A stretch of DNA of 57,407 nucleotides from an uncultured Clostridia bacterium (GTDB taxonomy: Bacteria; Bacillota; Clostridia; TANB77; CAG-508), in contig CANREW010000004.1 of assembly GCA_947629765.1 (NCBI GenBank), forward strand, positions 1 through 57,407, read 5' to 3'. Under the pieces are notes generated by a model. That model was not told where the DNA came from. It did not search any database and saw only the letters and a list, made by a program, of their open reading frames with translations. This document shows, in pieces, positions 22,064 to 33,553 of the stretch. Numbering within the stretch: the first letter of the stretch is position 1; the number at the start of each line of letters is the position of its first letter. Made by a program: the position numbers and the translations under genes.

Positions 22064-22629
22064 ACTTTCTTCACCTCACTTAATGCCATTTTCAATGCAT
22101 TCATATTTCCTTCTATTACTTCAGGTTTCTTTGCAAATTTATGCTTGAAAGAACCTTCCATATCATTTATTAATTCCTCGTCTGTCATAATTTTGCTTAC
22201 TTTAACAATTGCTGCAAGCATTGGTGTATTTGGGAAATATTTTCCAAGTGTCTCTAATGATATTTTACGAGCATCTACTGTATAAATTTCTCCTTCATAA
22301 TTTTTTAATTTTGATTTGATATAATCTGCATCTTTTGTTGTGTTAATTACTATTGCTCCTTCTTTTTTTAATCCTGCTGTAACATCAACAGAGTCAAGTA
22401 ATGTGTCATCTACAACTACTACGTAGTCTGGTTCGTAGATATTGCTATGTATTGTTATAGGTTCTGTACTTATTCTGTTATATGCTGTTATTGGAGCTCC
22501 CATTCTTTCTGGTCCATACTCAGGAAATCCTTGAATATATTTACCAGTGTTAAATGCTGCATCTGCAAGTAGGAGTGATGCTGTTTTTGCTCCCTGTCCT
22601 CCTCTACCATGCCATCTGATTTCAATCAT
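22060..22629 (-). CDS. porC: POR gamma subunit
   Basis: EIRWHGRGGQGAKTA, YGPERMGAP. Confidence 0.9.
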   Translation of the reverse strand: MIEIRWHGRGGQGAKTASLLLADAAFNTGKYIQGFPEYGPERMGAPITAYNRISTEPITIHSNIYEPDYVVVVDDTLLDSVDVTAGLKKEGAIVINTTKDADYIKSKLKNYEGEIYTVDARKISLETLGKYFPNTPMLAAIVKVSKIMTDEELINDMEGSFKHKFAKKPEVIEGNMNALKMALSEVKKV

Positions 22630-22678
22630 TGTTTTACCTCCTTATTTTAATTTTTATATTTTATAAGATTAATGACAA

Positions 22679-23401
22679 TTAGAAAAATTTTATAATTGTG
22701 TGAAGACTTTTTCCGTCTTCACCTTTTATACAAACTGTATGTACATTATTGTTATTAGAATAATAAAGATTTACTGTTTCTTTAAATTTTGTTTGTTTTT
22801 TGTAATATATTTCTACATTTTCGAAATTATCTATATCTACATCATCTGGAAGAGCTTCATATGCAATATCTAAATACATTACATTGTTTACATGGTGATT
22901 TGAATCAATGTCTCTTCTTGTAGCTGTATATTTGGTTATTTCTTGCATATTTTCGTCTTCTTTTAATTTTCCAGCTATATCTTCTTCAAAAACTGACTTT
23001 TGAACTATACCATAACTATTTATTAACTCGTCTGTTATTCGTCCTATTCCACCTTTTTTAGCATCTATTAGCACCCATTCCGTAGTTGCTATGGCGATTT
23101 TTTCTCCATCTAAATCATATACTTCGAAATCACGCCAAGACGATATTTTGTTAAAGTCTCTTGCCCATGTTTTTACAGTTAATTCAGTGTTCCATCTTGG
23201 TCTTTTGAAAAATTTTACTTTCCAAAACAAAAGCATCCAAGTATATCCTGTTTTTTCTATATCATTTAAACCATATCCTACTTCTTGTGAATGTTTACTT
23301 GCCGCTTCTGATAGTATATTTATTAGCCCTTTATCTGATAATTTGTTGTTTTCGTCTATTTCATTATATTTTATATGTGTTTTATATTCATATACTGACA
23401 T
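22679..23401 (-). CDS. acyl-ACP thioesterase
   Basis: DIDSNHHVNNVMY, double hot-dog pattern. Confidence 0.85.
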   Translation of the reverse strand: MSVYEYKTHIKYNEIDENNKLSDKGLINILSEAASKHSQEVGYGLNDIEKTGYTWMLLFWKVKFFKRPRWNTELTVKTWARDFNKISSWRDFEVYDLDGEKIAIATTEWVLIDAKKGGIGRITDELINSYGIVQKSVFEEDIAGKLKEDENMQEITKYTATRRDIDSNHHVNNVMYLDIAYEALPDDVDIDNFENVEIYYKKQTKFKETVNLYYSNNNNVHTVCIKGEDGKSLHTIIKFF

Positions 23402-23476
23402 TTATCTCTCACCAATTAGAAAGTATATCACATTTCTTTATTAAATACAATCTGATTTTAAAATATTTTATTATAT

Positions 23477-23623
23477 AAAAAGAGAAATAATATTTATTTT
23501 TCAAGAGTTTGTCATTTGCAGCCTACAAATTGAATTTTTAATAAAGTAGGCTGCAAAAGTCGCCCTTCGCTTCGCTACGGCCCGCCGCTAGCACTCTTTT
23601 AAATAAATATTATTTCTCTTTTT
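23477..23623. repeat. ~150-bp palindromic intergenic repeat, copy 2 (inverted relative to copy 1)
   Basis: TTGCAGCCTAC..GTAGGCTGCAA core, GTCGCCCTTCGCTTCGCT, terminal inverted arms. Confidence 0.85.
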
Positions 23624-23633
23624 TAATTATAAA

Positions 23634-24311
23634 CTATACGCAGAAGATGTGTTTCCCTATTTTAAGTGTTTGCTTTCTTGACCATATCCAAGAACTTGTG
23701 GCAGTAGCTGGGTTAAAATAATACAAAGCTCCATTTGACGGGTCCCATCCATTTAGTGCATCTTGTGCTGCACTTCTTGCTGTACTGTTTGGAGATAAAT
23801 TAATTTGGCCATCACTTACTACATCAAATGCTCCTTTTTGATATATAACTCCTGCAACAGAATTTGGGAAATTTGGACTGCTTACTCTATTTAAAACAAC
23901 TGCTGCAACTGCAACTTGTCCAATATACTGTTCTCCCCTCGCTTCTCCATAAACTAACCTACTAAGTAAATTCAAATCTGAAGAATTACTTGCCGTAGAT
24001 GTTGTTTTTGATCCTCCGCTTGAACTTATACCTATTGCAGCAAGAGTCTTTTCACCAGCTATTCCATCAACTTTTAATCCATTTGCTTTTTGAAAATATT
24101 TTACAGCTTGCTGGGTTTTGCTTCCATATATTCCATCAACTGAACCTTTATAATATCCCCAATCCTTTAATCTTTGTTGTATTTGTTTTACTTCATTTCC
24201 TGTTGAACCATATCTTGATAATGTTTCAATACTTGCATTTACATTAATATAATAAACATATCCAAATATTATTAACAATATCGCTATAATGGAAATAATA
24301 ATTTTTTTCAT
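23634..24311 (-). CDS. sleB: spore cortex-lytic enzyme SleB
   Basis: PG-binding domain plus Hydrolase_2 (GEARGE, VAVAAVVLNRV, ALYYFNP). Confidence 0.9.
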   Translation of the reverse strand: MKKIIISIIAILLIIFGYVYYINVNASIETLSRYGSTGNEVKQIQQRLKDWGYYKGSVDGIYGSKTQQAVKYFQKANGLKVDGIAGEKTLAAIGISSSGGSKTTSTASNSSDLNLLSRLVYGEARGEQYIGQVAVAAVVLNRVSSPNFPNSVAGVIYQKGAFDVVSDGQINLSPNSTARSAAQDALNGWDPSNGALYYFNPATATSSWIWSRKQTLKIGKHIFCV

Positions 24312-24455
24312 AAATATTCCTCCTAATTAATTTGATATTATTATTTCCATATTTTAGGCAAATAATACAAGATTTAGAATTTTTATTTATATAATAAAAA
24401 CAAGTCAGATCTCCGACAAGATTTGACTTGTTTTATAGCTTATTATATTACTATT

Positions 24456-26118
24456 CTAAAAAATTCCTACTATATTTCCATTTTCATCTAAGTCTATTCC
24501 TTCAGCTGCTGGAACCTTTGGAAGCCCCGGCATTGTCATTATCTTTCCTGTGATAACAACTACAAATCCTGCACCTGCTTTTAATATTACTTCTTGTGCA
24601 TGTATATTAAAAGGTTCTAGGCACTCAAGATTCTTTGGATCATCTGAGAAAGAGTACTGTGTTTTTGCAATACAAACAGGTAAATTTCCATATCCTATCT
24701 TCTTTATTTGTTTTATGCTTTCCATAGCCTCTTCCGAAAACTCTACATCTTCTGCCCCATAAATTTTTCTTGCAACTTTTCTTATCTTTTCTTCGATTTC
24801 TTCATTTAAATCATAAGTAAATGTAAAGTTTTCTGGAACTTCACATAGGTCTACTATCTTTTCAGCTAAATCTATGGCACCTTCTCCACCTTTTGCCCAA
24901 GCTTCTACTAAACTCATATTTATTCCAAGTTCTTTTAACTTATTTTGTAAGAAATCTATCTCTCTTTCTGTATCTGATGTAAATCTATTTATTGCAACTA
25001 TTACATTTAATCCAAATTTATTTTTCAAATTATCTATATGTCTTGTAAGGTTATGTATTCCTTTTTCTAGAGCTTCCATGTTTTCTTCTTGTACTTCTTC
25101 TTTTGCAGCTCCACCGTGATATTTTAATGCTCTCATTGTTGCAACGCATACTACTGCATCTGGTTTTAAATTAGCTTCTCTACATTTTATATCTAAGAAT
25201 TTTTCTGCTCCTAAGTCTGCACCAAATCCTGCTTCTGTTATACAATAATCTCCAAGTTTTAATGCTAAACGAGTTGCTCTTACACTGTTGCAACCATGTG
25301 CTATATTGGCAAATGGTCCACCATGTACTATTGCTGGTGTATTTTCTAATGTTTGTACTAAGTTTGGATTAATTGCATCTTTTAAAAGTACTGCTAAACT
25401 TCCCTCTGCTTTTAGATCTTTTGCAGTTATTGGTTCGTCTTTTTCATTATATCCAACAATTATTCTTCCAAGTCTTGCTTTTAAATCTTTTATATCTTTT
25501 GATAAACAAAGTATTGCCATTATCTCTGATGCAACTGTTATATCAAATCCGTCGTCTCTCTCCCTCATTCCTTTTTCATGTGATAAACCACATCTTATTT
25601 TTCTTAATTGTCTATCATTTAAATCTACACATCTTTTCCATAAAACTTTTTTAAATCCTAATTCATTTCCAAAATATATATGATTATCTATCATTGCTGC
25701 AAGTAGATTATTTGCAGCAGTCATTGCATGTATATCTCCTGTAAAGTGTAAGTTTATATCTTCCATTGGTGCTATTTGGACATATCCTCCACCTGTTGCT
25801 CCTCCCTTTATTCCAAAAACTGGTCCGAAGTGATGGTTCTCTTAATGCAAGTATTGATTTTTTTCCTATTCTTCTTAGTCCATCAGCTAAGCCAATTGAC
25901 ATCGTTGTTTTTCCTTCTCCAAGTGGTGTTGGGTTTATTGCTGTAACTAATATTAATTTTCCATCTTTTTTACTTTCTGTTCTTTTAAAAGCATCTTCTG
26001 TTATTTTTGCTTTATACTTTCCATAAGTTTCGATTTCTTCTTCGCTTAAATCTAATTCTTTTGCTATTTCTCTTATGTTTTTTAATTTTGCATTTCTTGC
26101 AATTTCGATATCACTCAT
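24456..26118 (-). CDS. fhs: formate--tetrahydrofolate ligase (one CGG +1 site)
   Basis: TPLGEGKTT, HGGPFANIAHG; skipping C of CGG 25825-25827 restores REPSLGPVFGIKGGATGGG; 553 aa. Confidence 0.93.
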
Positions 26119-26171
26119 TATGAACCTCCTTGTATTTTTTAGAATAAAAAAAGGGCATTCTTTTAAAGAAT

Positions 26172-26245
26172 TGCCCAGGCGGTCGGCTTATATTTCATGC
26201 AAATTGCCCCTGTGTTAATTCACTTTATCCGCCAGCAATTTACAT
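26172..26245 (-). ncRNA. ZMP/ZTP (pfl) riboswitch
   Basis: CUGGCGGA...GUG..CAC..GGG...GCCGACCGCCUGGGCA, overlapping terminator hairpin plus U-run, upstream of fhs. Confidence 0.88.
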
Positions 26246-26249
26246 TTTT

Positions 26250-26278
26250 ATTATATAAATAATTTTTTAATATGTCAA
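26250..26278 (-). promoter_or_regulatory. sigma-A promoter for riboswitch-fhs
   Basis: TTGACA-17 bp-TATAAT. Confidence 0.75.
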
Positions 26279-26332
26279 GGAAATTTGAAATCAAATTTTA
26301 TTTACTTTGTCCTCTGAAATATTATTTTTTCA

Positions 26333-26578
26333 TTATGCCTTGACAAATGATTTATTTGAATGTTTTTCTAATTTTCTTTTTATTTTTTCATTTCTTTTAT
26401 TAATTTTAGCAATTATTTTTTGTTCTTCTTTTTCTATCTCTGCCTCTTCTTCAGGAGTAAAATTTAGTTGTTTTTCTACTTCTTCCCAAGTTATAAATTT
26501 TTCTCCTTTTGCTACTCTTTCTTTGTAGTCTTCTAACATTCCTTTTGCTCTTTCTATTTCATCCTTGGGTATTTTCAT
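26333..26578 (-). CDS. small protein, possible type II TA remnant
   Basis: RBS plus 81-aa ORF; segments reminiscent of RelE/HigB tail and HigA N-terminus. Confidence 0.45.
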   Translation of the reverse strand: MKIPKDEIERAKGMLEDYKERVAKGEKFITWEEVEKQLNFTPEEEAEIEKEEQKIIAKINKRNEKIKRKLEKHSNKSFVKA

Positions 26579-26841
26579 TTTATATCACTCTCCCTTTTTT
26601 TATAATCTTCTAATAATCTCATTGCCTTTTCTTGGAGATTTCCCAACAGATTTTGTTTTGTCTCGACGTAAGGTGTAATTAAAAAATAAATAGATAGAAA
26701 ATTTTGATTAAAATTCAAACTTCTATCTATTTTATATAATATTCTCTTTTCCTTGTCAAGTATTATTTTTAATAAAATCTAAACTTTTGACATCAAATTA
26801 ATATCTACAAATATTTGCCATAATAGGTGACTATTTTCCTC

Positions 26842-28281
26842 TTATTTTATATAAAGTACAACACGGAACCCAAGCGCTATATCCGAAAAGTCGTTAGAAC
26901 TGTTTACACCATTTCGTATGTTAATCGTATCCCAGAACCCAGGGAGGTTTAAGTGACTACCTCGGCAAACGGCAAATAATCCTTGGAATGTAGCATCTTC
27001 ACTACTTGTTTTATGATCCCCTACTTCTGCTGTCCATTCACTCATATTTCCAGCTAAATCATATATATTCTTTAATTTGAAATTAGCATAACTTCCAGTC
27101 GGTATTTGTATTCTTGTGCTTAAATTGTAATCCGTTATATTAGTTTTTTCATTTGCAATAACATCCTCTTTTTTGGTAGACCATTCATCTTCCGTTACAT
27201 CTTTAGATTTAAGTTGTATTTGTCCTTTTTTGAATTTATTTGCGTATAGCCAACCAGTTGAGCCTTGTACATCGTTGATTTGAGTATAATATATATGTTC
27301 TGCATACCATCCAGTATAATCACTACCATTATCTAAAACATTTCCGTATTGTGTACAATCAGTTACATCAATTCCATCAGTTGCTATCCAATGTAGTACT
27401 GTATCCCATGCTGTTCCATCGACAAGATAACTATTTACATATCCTTCTGTCGTCGCATCGCTTCCATACATTCTCTCTGACAATGTTTTTGCATTTTTGT
27501 GGGAGATAAAATTCCAAGCAAATACATTTGCTTTACTTACTGGTTTTCTTCCATCCTCCACTGCTTGTTTATTCTTTTTTTCTCTTTCAGATTCTAAACT
27601 AATAATATATTCTTGCGTGTCTTTTGTAAAAGTTGATGTATCATAATCAGGGAATCCTGCCTCATATCTTCCTATATAAAATCCTCCATATTTTGCAACA
27701 CTTGCATTTCCATAACTGTTTCCGTTCTCTGTTCCCTCTTCCTTCCAATAGTATTCAGCATAATGCCACATTTTCCAAGTGTTATCTACTTCATAGTCAT
27801 GCTTTTTATACTCTTGTAAATCAATTGGTGCATTTGTTGGTTTTGTATCTCCATAATAACATGGCACCCATACAAATTCATTACCATCTGCATCTTGTAT
27901 TACTAATCCATCTTTTATATATTGCTCTGACGATTTTGTTGATACTTTAAATCCTTGAGGTATTGTTGCTTTTCTTCCTTCTGCATCTGTATAGTTATTT
28001 TTCTCTGTCTTTGCAACTATCTCTCCTGCTCTTACTTTGCTATCTTCTCCTACTCCTTGATTGTCAAGTGTTCCTACTAACTTATCTACTTTATCTGCTT
28101 CGTCTCTTGCTGCATCTGTATAATTTTCTACTGCCTTTGTTGCAAATCCTATTAAATCTGTTCCTATTACATTATTTATTGTTACTGCTGTCAATATGAT
28201 TAAGATTATTATTGTTATAATTAATGCTATTAATGTAATACCTTCGTTTTTTTTCATAAGTTTTTTACTTAAATTTTTCAT
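26842..28281 (-). CDS. type IV pilin-like N-terminus fused to FGE-sulfatase/C-type-lectin-like domain
   Basis: KKNEG/ITLIALIITIIILIIL prepilin-like signal; GGFYIGRYE, NIYDLAGNMSEW, RG..., GFRVVLY. Confidence 0.8.
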   Translation of the reverse strand: MKNLSKKLMKKNEGITLIALIITIIILIILTAVTINNVIGTDLIGFATKAVENYTDAARDEADKVDKLVGTLDNQGVGEDSKVRAGEIVAKTEKNNYTDAEGRKATIPQGFKVSTKSSEQYIKDGLVIQDADGNEFVWVPCYYGDTKPTNAPIDLQEYKKHDYEVDNTWKMWHYAEYYWKEEGTENGNSYGNASVAKYGGFYIGRYEAGFPDYDTSTFTKDTQEYIISLESEREKKNKQAVEDGRKPVSKANVFAWNFISHKNAKTLSERMYGSDATTEGYVNSYLVDGTAWDTVLHWIATDGIDVTDCTQYGNVLDNGSDYTGWYAEHIYYTQINDVQGSTGWLYANKFKKGQIQLKSKDVTEDEWSTKKEDVIANEKTNITDYNLSTRIQIPTGSYANFKLKNIYDLAGNMSEWTAEVGDHKTSSEDATFQGLFAVCRGSHLNLPGFWDTINIRNGVNSSNDFSDIALGFRVVLYIK

Positions 28282-28455
28282 TATTAATTCCTCTCTTGTA
28301 TAAATTTAGGTTTTTTTAAGATTGCCTATAAACTTTTTTCATACTATTTTTAGCATTTTTATAATATCATTTTTGCAATTATTTTGCAAGTATTTTTAGG
28401 TGCATATTTATTTTATTTTTTGATGTAGAATATCTTTCAAAGGAGAACTAATAAT

Positions 28456-28656
28456 ATGAAAAAATTAAAAATACCAGAAAATCATAGTGGAATTAGTAAA
28501 ACTCTTCGTTTGCCAGAAAATATTGTAGATGATATACAAAATCTTGCTAATTTAAAAAATTTATCTTTTAATAAAATTGTAACTTCTTTGCTAGAATTTG
28601 GTCTTGATAATTTAGACGAAGAAGACAAAGAGAATATAGAAAAATTAAAAAAATAA
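28456..28656 (+). CDS. small ribbon-helix-helix-like DNA-binding protein
   Basis: SKTLRLPENI..I..LA....SFNKIV; AAGGAG RBS. Confidence 0.6.
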   Translation: MKKLKIPENHSGISKTLRLPENIVDDIQNLANLKNLSFNKIVTSLLEFGLDNLDEEDKENIEKLKK

Positions 28657-28885
28657 CATTATATTTTTTCTTATCTTTTTTTAATTTTCTGAATTTTCTA
28701 TATAATTCATTATTTTTATCATTTTATTCAAAAATTTTATATGTATCTTATTCAATTAGACTCGCTCTCTAAATAATTAAAATAATTTCTGACATATTTT
28801 GTTGTATTATATTTTTATTTATAGTATAATGAGTTTGTCATTTAAGATGTACTTTAAATAATCTAAGAAATGGAGGAATTATACT

Positions 28886-30433
28886 ATGAAGGCTTTAATT
28901 AGCGTATCTGACAAAACAGGTATTGTCGAATTTGCAAAAGAATTGAGCTCTTTAGGTATAGAAATTATTTCAACTGGAGGTACATACAAAGCACTTAAAG
29001 AAGCTGGAATTAACGCAATGGAAATTTCAGATCTTACTGGATTTCCTGAATGTTTAGACGGAAGAGTTAAAACTTTACATCCAAAGGTTCATGCTGGAAT
29101 TCTTGCTATGAGGGCAAAAGAAGAACATATGAAACAATTAAAAGATTTAGGAGTAGATACAATTGATTTTGTTATTGTTAATCTTTATCCTTTCAAGCAA
29201 ACTATTTTAAAAGAAAATGTAACTAGAGCAGAATGTGTTGAAAATATTGATATAGGTGGACCTACAATGCTTAGAAGTGCTGCTAAAAATTATCAAGATG
29301 TTACAGTTGTAACCGACCCTGCTGATTATGAAATCGTTCTAAATGAATTAAAATCTAATGGAACAGTATCACTAGATACTAAATTTTACTTAATGAATAA
29401 AGTTTTTGAACACACAGCAAATTATGATGCTATGATCTTTAATTATTTAAAATCTGAAAGAAAAGACGAAAGTTTTCCAAATGCCTTAACCCTAACTTAT
29501 GAAAAAGTACAAGAAATGAGATATGGAGAAAATCCACACCAAAAAGCCGCTTTATATAAAGAGATTGGCAAATGTGAAGGTTCTTTAACTATTGCTAAAC
29601 AATTAAATGGAAAAGAATTATCATTTAATAATATCAACGATACAAATGGAGCTTTGGAATTATTAAAAGAATTTGAAGAGCCAACTGTTGTTGCTTGTAA
29701 ACACGGAAACCCTTGTGGCGTTGGTTCTGGAAAAGATATATATGAAGCTTGGGCAAAAGCTTTTGCAGCAGATAAAACATCTATTTTCGGTGGTATCGTT
29801 ACAGTAAATAGAGAAGTTACGGCAAAAATGGCAGAGGAAATGAAGGATATATTCTTAGAGGTTATAGTTGCTCCTTCATTCGAAAAAGAAGCATTAGAAA
29901 TTTTACAAACTAAGAAGAACCTAAGACTTCTTGAACTTCCTTCTATTAAAGTAAAACAAGCACCTGAATCTTATGATATTAAAAAGATAAATGGTGGAAT
30001 AATAGTTCAAACAATAGATTCAAAACTTTTAGATGATTACAAAGTTGTAACTGATAGAAAACCTACTGATAAAGAACTTGAAGATATGTTATTTGGACTT
30101 AAAGTTGTAAAATTTGCAAAATCTAATGGTATAGTTCTTGCAAAAGATAAACAAACAATAGGTATTGGTCCTGGACAAGTTAATAGAATTTGGGCAGTAA
30201 AACAATGTGTAGAACATTCAAAAGAACTTATTGGCGATAACGTAACAAAAGGAGCTGTTCTTGCATCTGATGCATTCTTCCCATTTGATGATTGCGTAAA
30301 AGCAGCACACGAAGCTGGAATCACAGCAATAGTTCAACCTGGTGGATCACTTCGTGATCAAGATTCTATTGATAGATGCAATGAATATGGTATGACAATG
30401 ATATTTACAGGAATGAGACATTTTAGACATTAA
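28886..30433 (+). CDS. purH: bifunctional AICAR transformylase/IMP cyclohydrolase
   Basis: [37 protein letters not shown]. Confidence 0.97.
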   Translation: MKALISVSDKTGIVEFAKELSSLGIEIISTGGTYKALKEAGINAMEISDLTGFPECLDGRVKTLHPKVHAGILAMRAKEEHMKQLKDLGVDTIDFVIVNLYPFKQTILKENVTRAECVENIDIGGPTMLRSAAKNYQDVTVVTDPADYEIVLNELKSNGTVSLDTKFYLMNKVFEHTANYDAMIFNYLKSERKDESFPNALTLTYEKVQEMRYGENPHQKAALYKEIGKCEGSLTIAKQLNGKELSFNNINDTNGALELLKEFEEPTVVACKHGNPCGVGSGKDIYEAWAKAFAADKTSIFGGIVTVNREVTAKMAEEMKDIFLEVIVAPSFEKEALEILQTKKNLRLLELPSIKVKQAPESYDIKKINGGIIVQTIDSKLLDDYKVVTDRKPTDKELEDMLFGLKVVKFAKSNGIVLAKDKQTIGIGPGQVNRIWAVKQCVEHSKELIGDNVTKGAVLASDAFFPFDDCVKAAHEAGITAIVQPGGSLRDQDSIDRCNEYGMTMIFTGMRHFRH

Positions 30434-30443
30434 AAAATATAAT

Positions 30444-30592
30444 AAAAGAATAACAATATTAATTTTTCAAGAGCTTTGTTTCTTTGCAGCCCACTAATTA
30501 TAAATTTTATTAATGTGGGCTGCAAAAGTCGCCCTTCGTTTCGCTACGGCCCGTCGCTAGCAGCTCTTTTAAATTAATATTATTATTCTTTT
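30444..30592. repeat. ~150-bp palindromic intergenic repeat, copy 3
   Basis: TTGCAGCCCAC..GTGGGCTGCAA core; terminal inverted arms. Confidence 0.85.
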
Positions 30593-30604
30593 TAAAATCA
30601 CATA

Positions 30605-31857
30605 TCACTTCAAATATTTAGCAATCTTTTCTCCTGCATCTCTTCCAGACCTTGCTGCCCAAGCAACAGTTGATTTTACTTCAATTAAATCTCCTGCTGC
30701 AAATACTTTTTCTCTTGATGTCATTTGATTTTCATCAACTTTAATATATCCTCTATTTGTTCTTTCTACTCCTAATTCTTCTAATATTTTATTTTCTGGT
30801 TTTGATCCAAGTGCCATTATCACATAGTCTATATCCATTAAATAATTGCTTCCTTCTATGTTTACTGGTTTTTCCCTTTCGCCCTCTACTTTTATTAATT
30901 CTGTTTTTATGCACTCTAATTTTTCTACTTTATCTTTTCCTAAAATTTTTACTATATTATTTTGAAATAAAAACTCAACTCCTTCATTTATTGCAGAATC
31001 TATCTCTTCTTTTTCTGCTGGCATTTGAGCTCTTGCTCTTCTATATATTACATAGACTTTTTTAGCTTTTTTATTATTTACTGTTCTTGCAACGTCCATT
31101 GCAGTATTTCCACCGACCTATTACTGCAACTGTTTTTCCTTCAAAATCTGGATAGTTCTGATTTTCTAATAATTCATTTCCGCCATATACACCGTTTTAA
31201 ATCTTCTCCTTCTATATTCATTTTTGAAGAAATATTTGCACCAAAGCAAAGTAAAATTGCATCATATTCTTTTTCTAGTTCGTCTAATTTTAAGTTCACT
31301 CCTAACTCTTGATTTGTAGCTATCTCTATTCCTAAATCTAAAACCTTTTGTATAGTCTCTTTTATTACTTTTCTTGGAAGTCTAAAATCAGGTATTCCAT
31401 GTACAAGAAGTCCTCCAATGTTGTTATGTTTTTCAAATATTTTTACTGAAAAACCTCTCCTTGCGAGATATGCACAAGCTGTTATCCCAGCAGGTCCTCC
31501 TCCTATTATTGCTACTTTTTTATTTTTTAGCTTTTCATCTATTTTTTTAATTGGCCAATTATTTTCTATTGCCATATCTCCAATAAATGTTTCAAGTTTC
31601 CCTATATCAACCGCATCGCCCTTTATTCCTTTTATACAAGATCCTTGACATTGTTTTTTGTGTGGACAAATTCTTCCACATATTGGTTGAAGTATAGTTG
31701 TATCCAATAAAATTTCGTAAGCTTCTCTATATTTTTCTTTTTTGATACATTTTATAAACTCTGTTATATCGTTTGTAAGAGGGCAACCTTTTCTACAAGG
31801 TTTTGCATTACAACTTAAACATTTACTTGCAATTTCTTGTATTTCTTCTTTATCCAT
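30605..31857 (-). CDS. GltD/NfnB-like FAD/NAD(P) oxidoreductase (two CGG +1 sites)
   Basis: CxxC..PC..GCP, GGGPAG; skipping C at CGG 31192-31194 and 31113-31115 restores KGVYGGNE and VIGGGNTAMD; 416 aa. Confidence 0.88.
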
Positions 31858-32419
31858 TTTCGTTCTCCATAAGTTCTAATTTTTGTTTTACTTCTTTTAA
31901 ATCTTTCCAAAAGTCTATTTTTTTACTTTCGTCTCTAAGAAGTGCTGCTGGATGCCAAATTGGCATATAAAGAATATTATCTTTTTCAATCCATCTTCCT
32001 CTATCTTTTGTTATGCCATATTCTTTGCCAAGTATATTATTTAAAGCAATTCGGCCTAATAGCACTATTATCTTTGGGTTTACTAATCTTATTTGTTCGT
32101 TTAGATAATCTATACAAATACTTGCTTCATCATCTTCAGGATCTCTATTTTTAGGTGGTCTACATTTTACAATGTTTGCTATGTATACATTTTCTCTTTT
32201 AATGCCTACACCGTCAAAAGCTTTGTCCATAAGTTTTCCCGCTTTTCCAACAAAAGGCTCTCCTTGCTCATCTTCGTCAGCACCCGGTCCTTCTCCTATA
32301 AACATCAAATCAGCATTAGGCTTGCCTACACCAAAGACAATATTTTTTCTTCCTTCGCATAATCTACATTTTCTGCAACCATCTATTTCTTTTTTTAGTT
32401 CGTCTAAACTACTTGCCAT
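31850..32419 (-). CDS. uracil-DNA glycosylase family 4
   Basis: [28 protein letters not shown]. Confidence 0.92.
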   Translation of the reverse strand: MASSLDELKKEIDGCRKCRLCEGRKNIVFGVGKPNADLMFIGEGPGADEDEQGEPFVGKAGKLMDKAFDGVGIKRENVYIANIVKCRPPKNRDPEDDEASICIDYLNEQIRLVNPKIIVLLGRIALNNILGKEYGITKDRGRWIEKDNILYMPIWHPAALLRDESKKIDFWKDLKEVKQKLELMENENG

Positions 32420-32432
32420 TAATATATCCTTT

Positions 32433-33362
32433 CTAAATTACACAATTTTCTATTAATTCTATTTTAACTTCTTTAGTTGTATCAATCCTAGCTTTTGTTC
32501 CGATAGGAATAACTGTCTTTGTATCAATATGTCCGAAATTATTTGACTTAATAATCGGAAAACTATATTTTTTATTTGGCAAATTTAAAACATCAAAGAT
32601 AATTTTTTCTAGACTAGCTCCACTTTCATGTTCATAGTTTCCGAATCCAAAGTCCAGAAATTTCATCAAATACATTGTTCTGTTTCATAAATTCTGCAAA
32701 GTTACTTGCAGCTTCTGGTGGGGTTTCAAGTCCTAATTCTTCTAAGAATAATATTTTATTTTTAAAATCTGCCTTATATTTTCCAGCTGCAAATTCGTGC
32801 ATCAAGCATAAATTCCCTCCTATAAGTTCACCTTCTGCTACTCCTTCTTGCAGACTTAAATATTTTTCTCCTTTTACACCAATTTCTAAGCTTTTATCTA
32901 CAAATCTTTTTAATGCTTCTTTATAGCTATAATCTGTTTCGTCTGTTGCAATAGTTTTAAAGTTTGTCCCACTAAACGTTACAAGTCCTGTTTTAAGTGT
33001 AATTACATTAATTAACGAGGTTATATCACTAAATCCACATACTATTTTTGGATTTTCTTTAATCAATTCATAATCAATATAATCAAATGTATTATTAGAA
33101 TTGTTGCCACCGTTTAGCGCACCAAATCATTTTTACATCTTTATCTCTAAACATATCATTAATATCATCTGCTTTTTCCTTTGCTGAATTACTGTATCCA
33201 TTTTTATTAGAGAAGATATTTTTTGAAAGTTTTACTTTAAATCCACTTTTTTCTACTATTTCTTTTGCTCTCATTAGCTCTTCTTTATTTTCTCCAATGA
33301 TTGGATTAGATGGTGCAACAACTCCGAATAGTATCTCCTATATTTAAAGCCTTAGGTTTCAT
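32433..33362 (-). CDS. S66 LD-carboxypeptidase (three CGG +1 sites)
   Basis: GFSDIT, GGNL, LEE, FGH; CGG at 33324-33326, 33110-33112, 32641-32643; corrected ORF 308 aa. Confidence 0.88.
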
Positions 33363-33395
33363 ATCTTTTCCCCCTACTTCATAACTATATTTTTC

Positions 33396-33540
33396 AATGT
33401 AATAATATTTATTTAAAAGATGCGCGTCTCAGCGACCAAACGGAGCAAAGCGAAGTGCGACTTTTGCAGCCTACTTTATTAAAAATTCAATTCGTAGGCT
33501 GCAAACGACAAGCATCTTGAAAAATAAATATTATTACATT
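33396..33540. repeat. ~150-bp palindromic intergenic repeat, copy 4
   Basis: same orientation as copy 1; arms AATGTAATAATATTTATTT / AAATAAATATTATTACATT. Confidence 0.85.
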
Positions 33541-33553
33541 AGAACTTATTATG

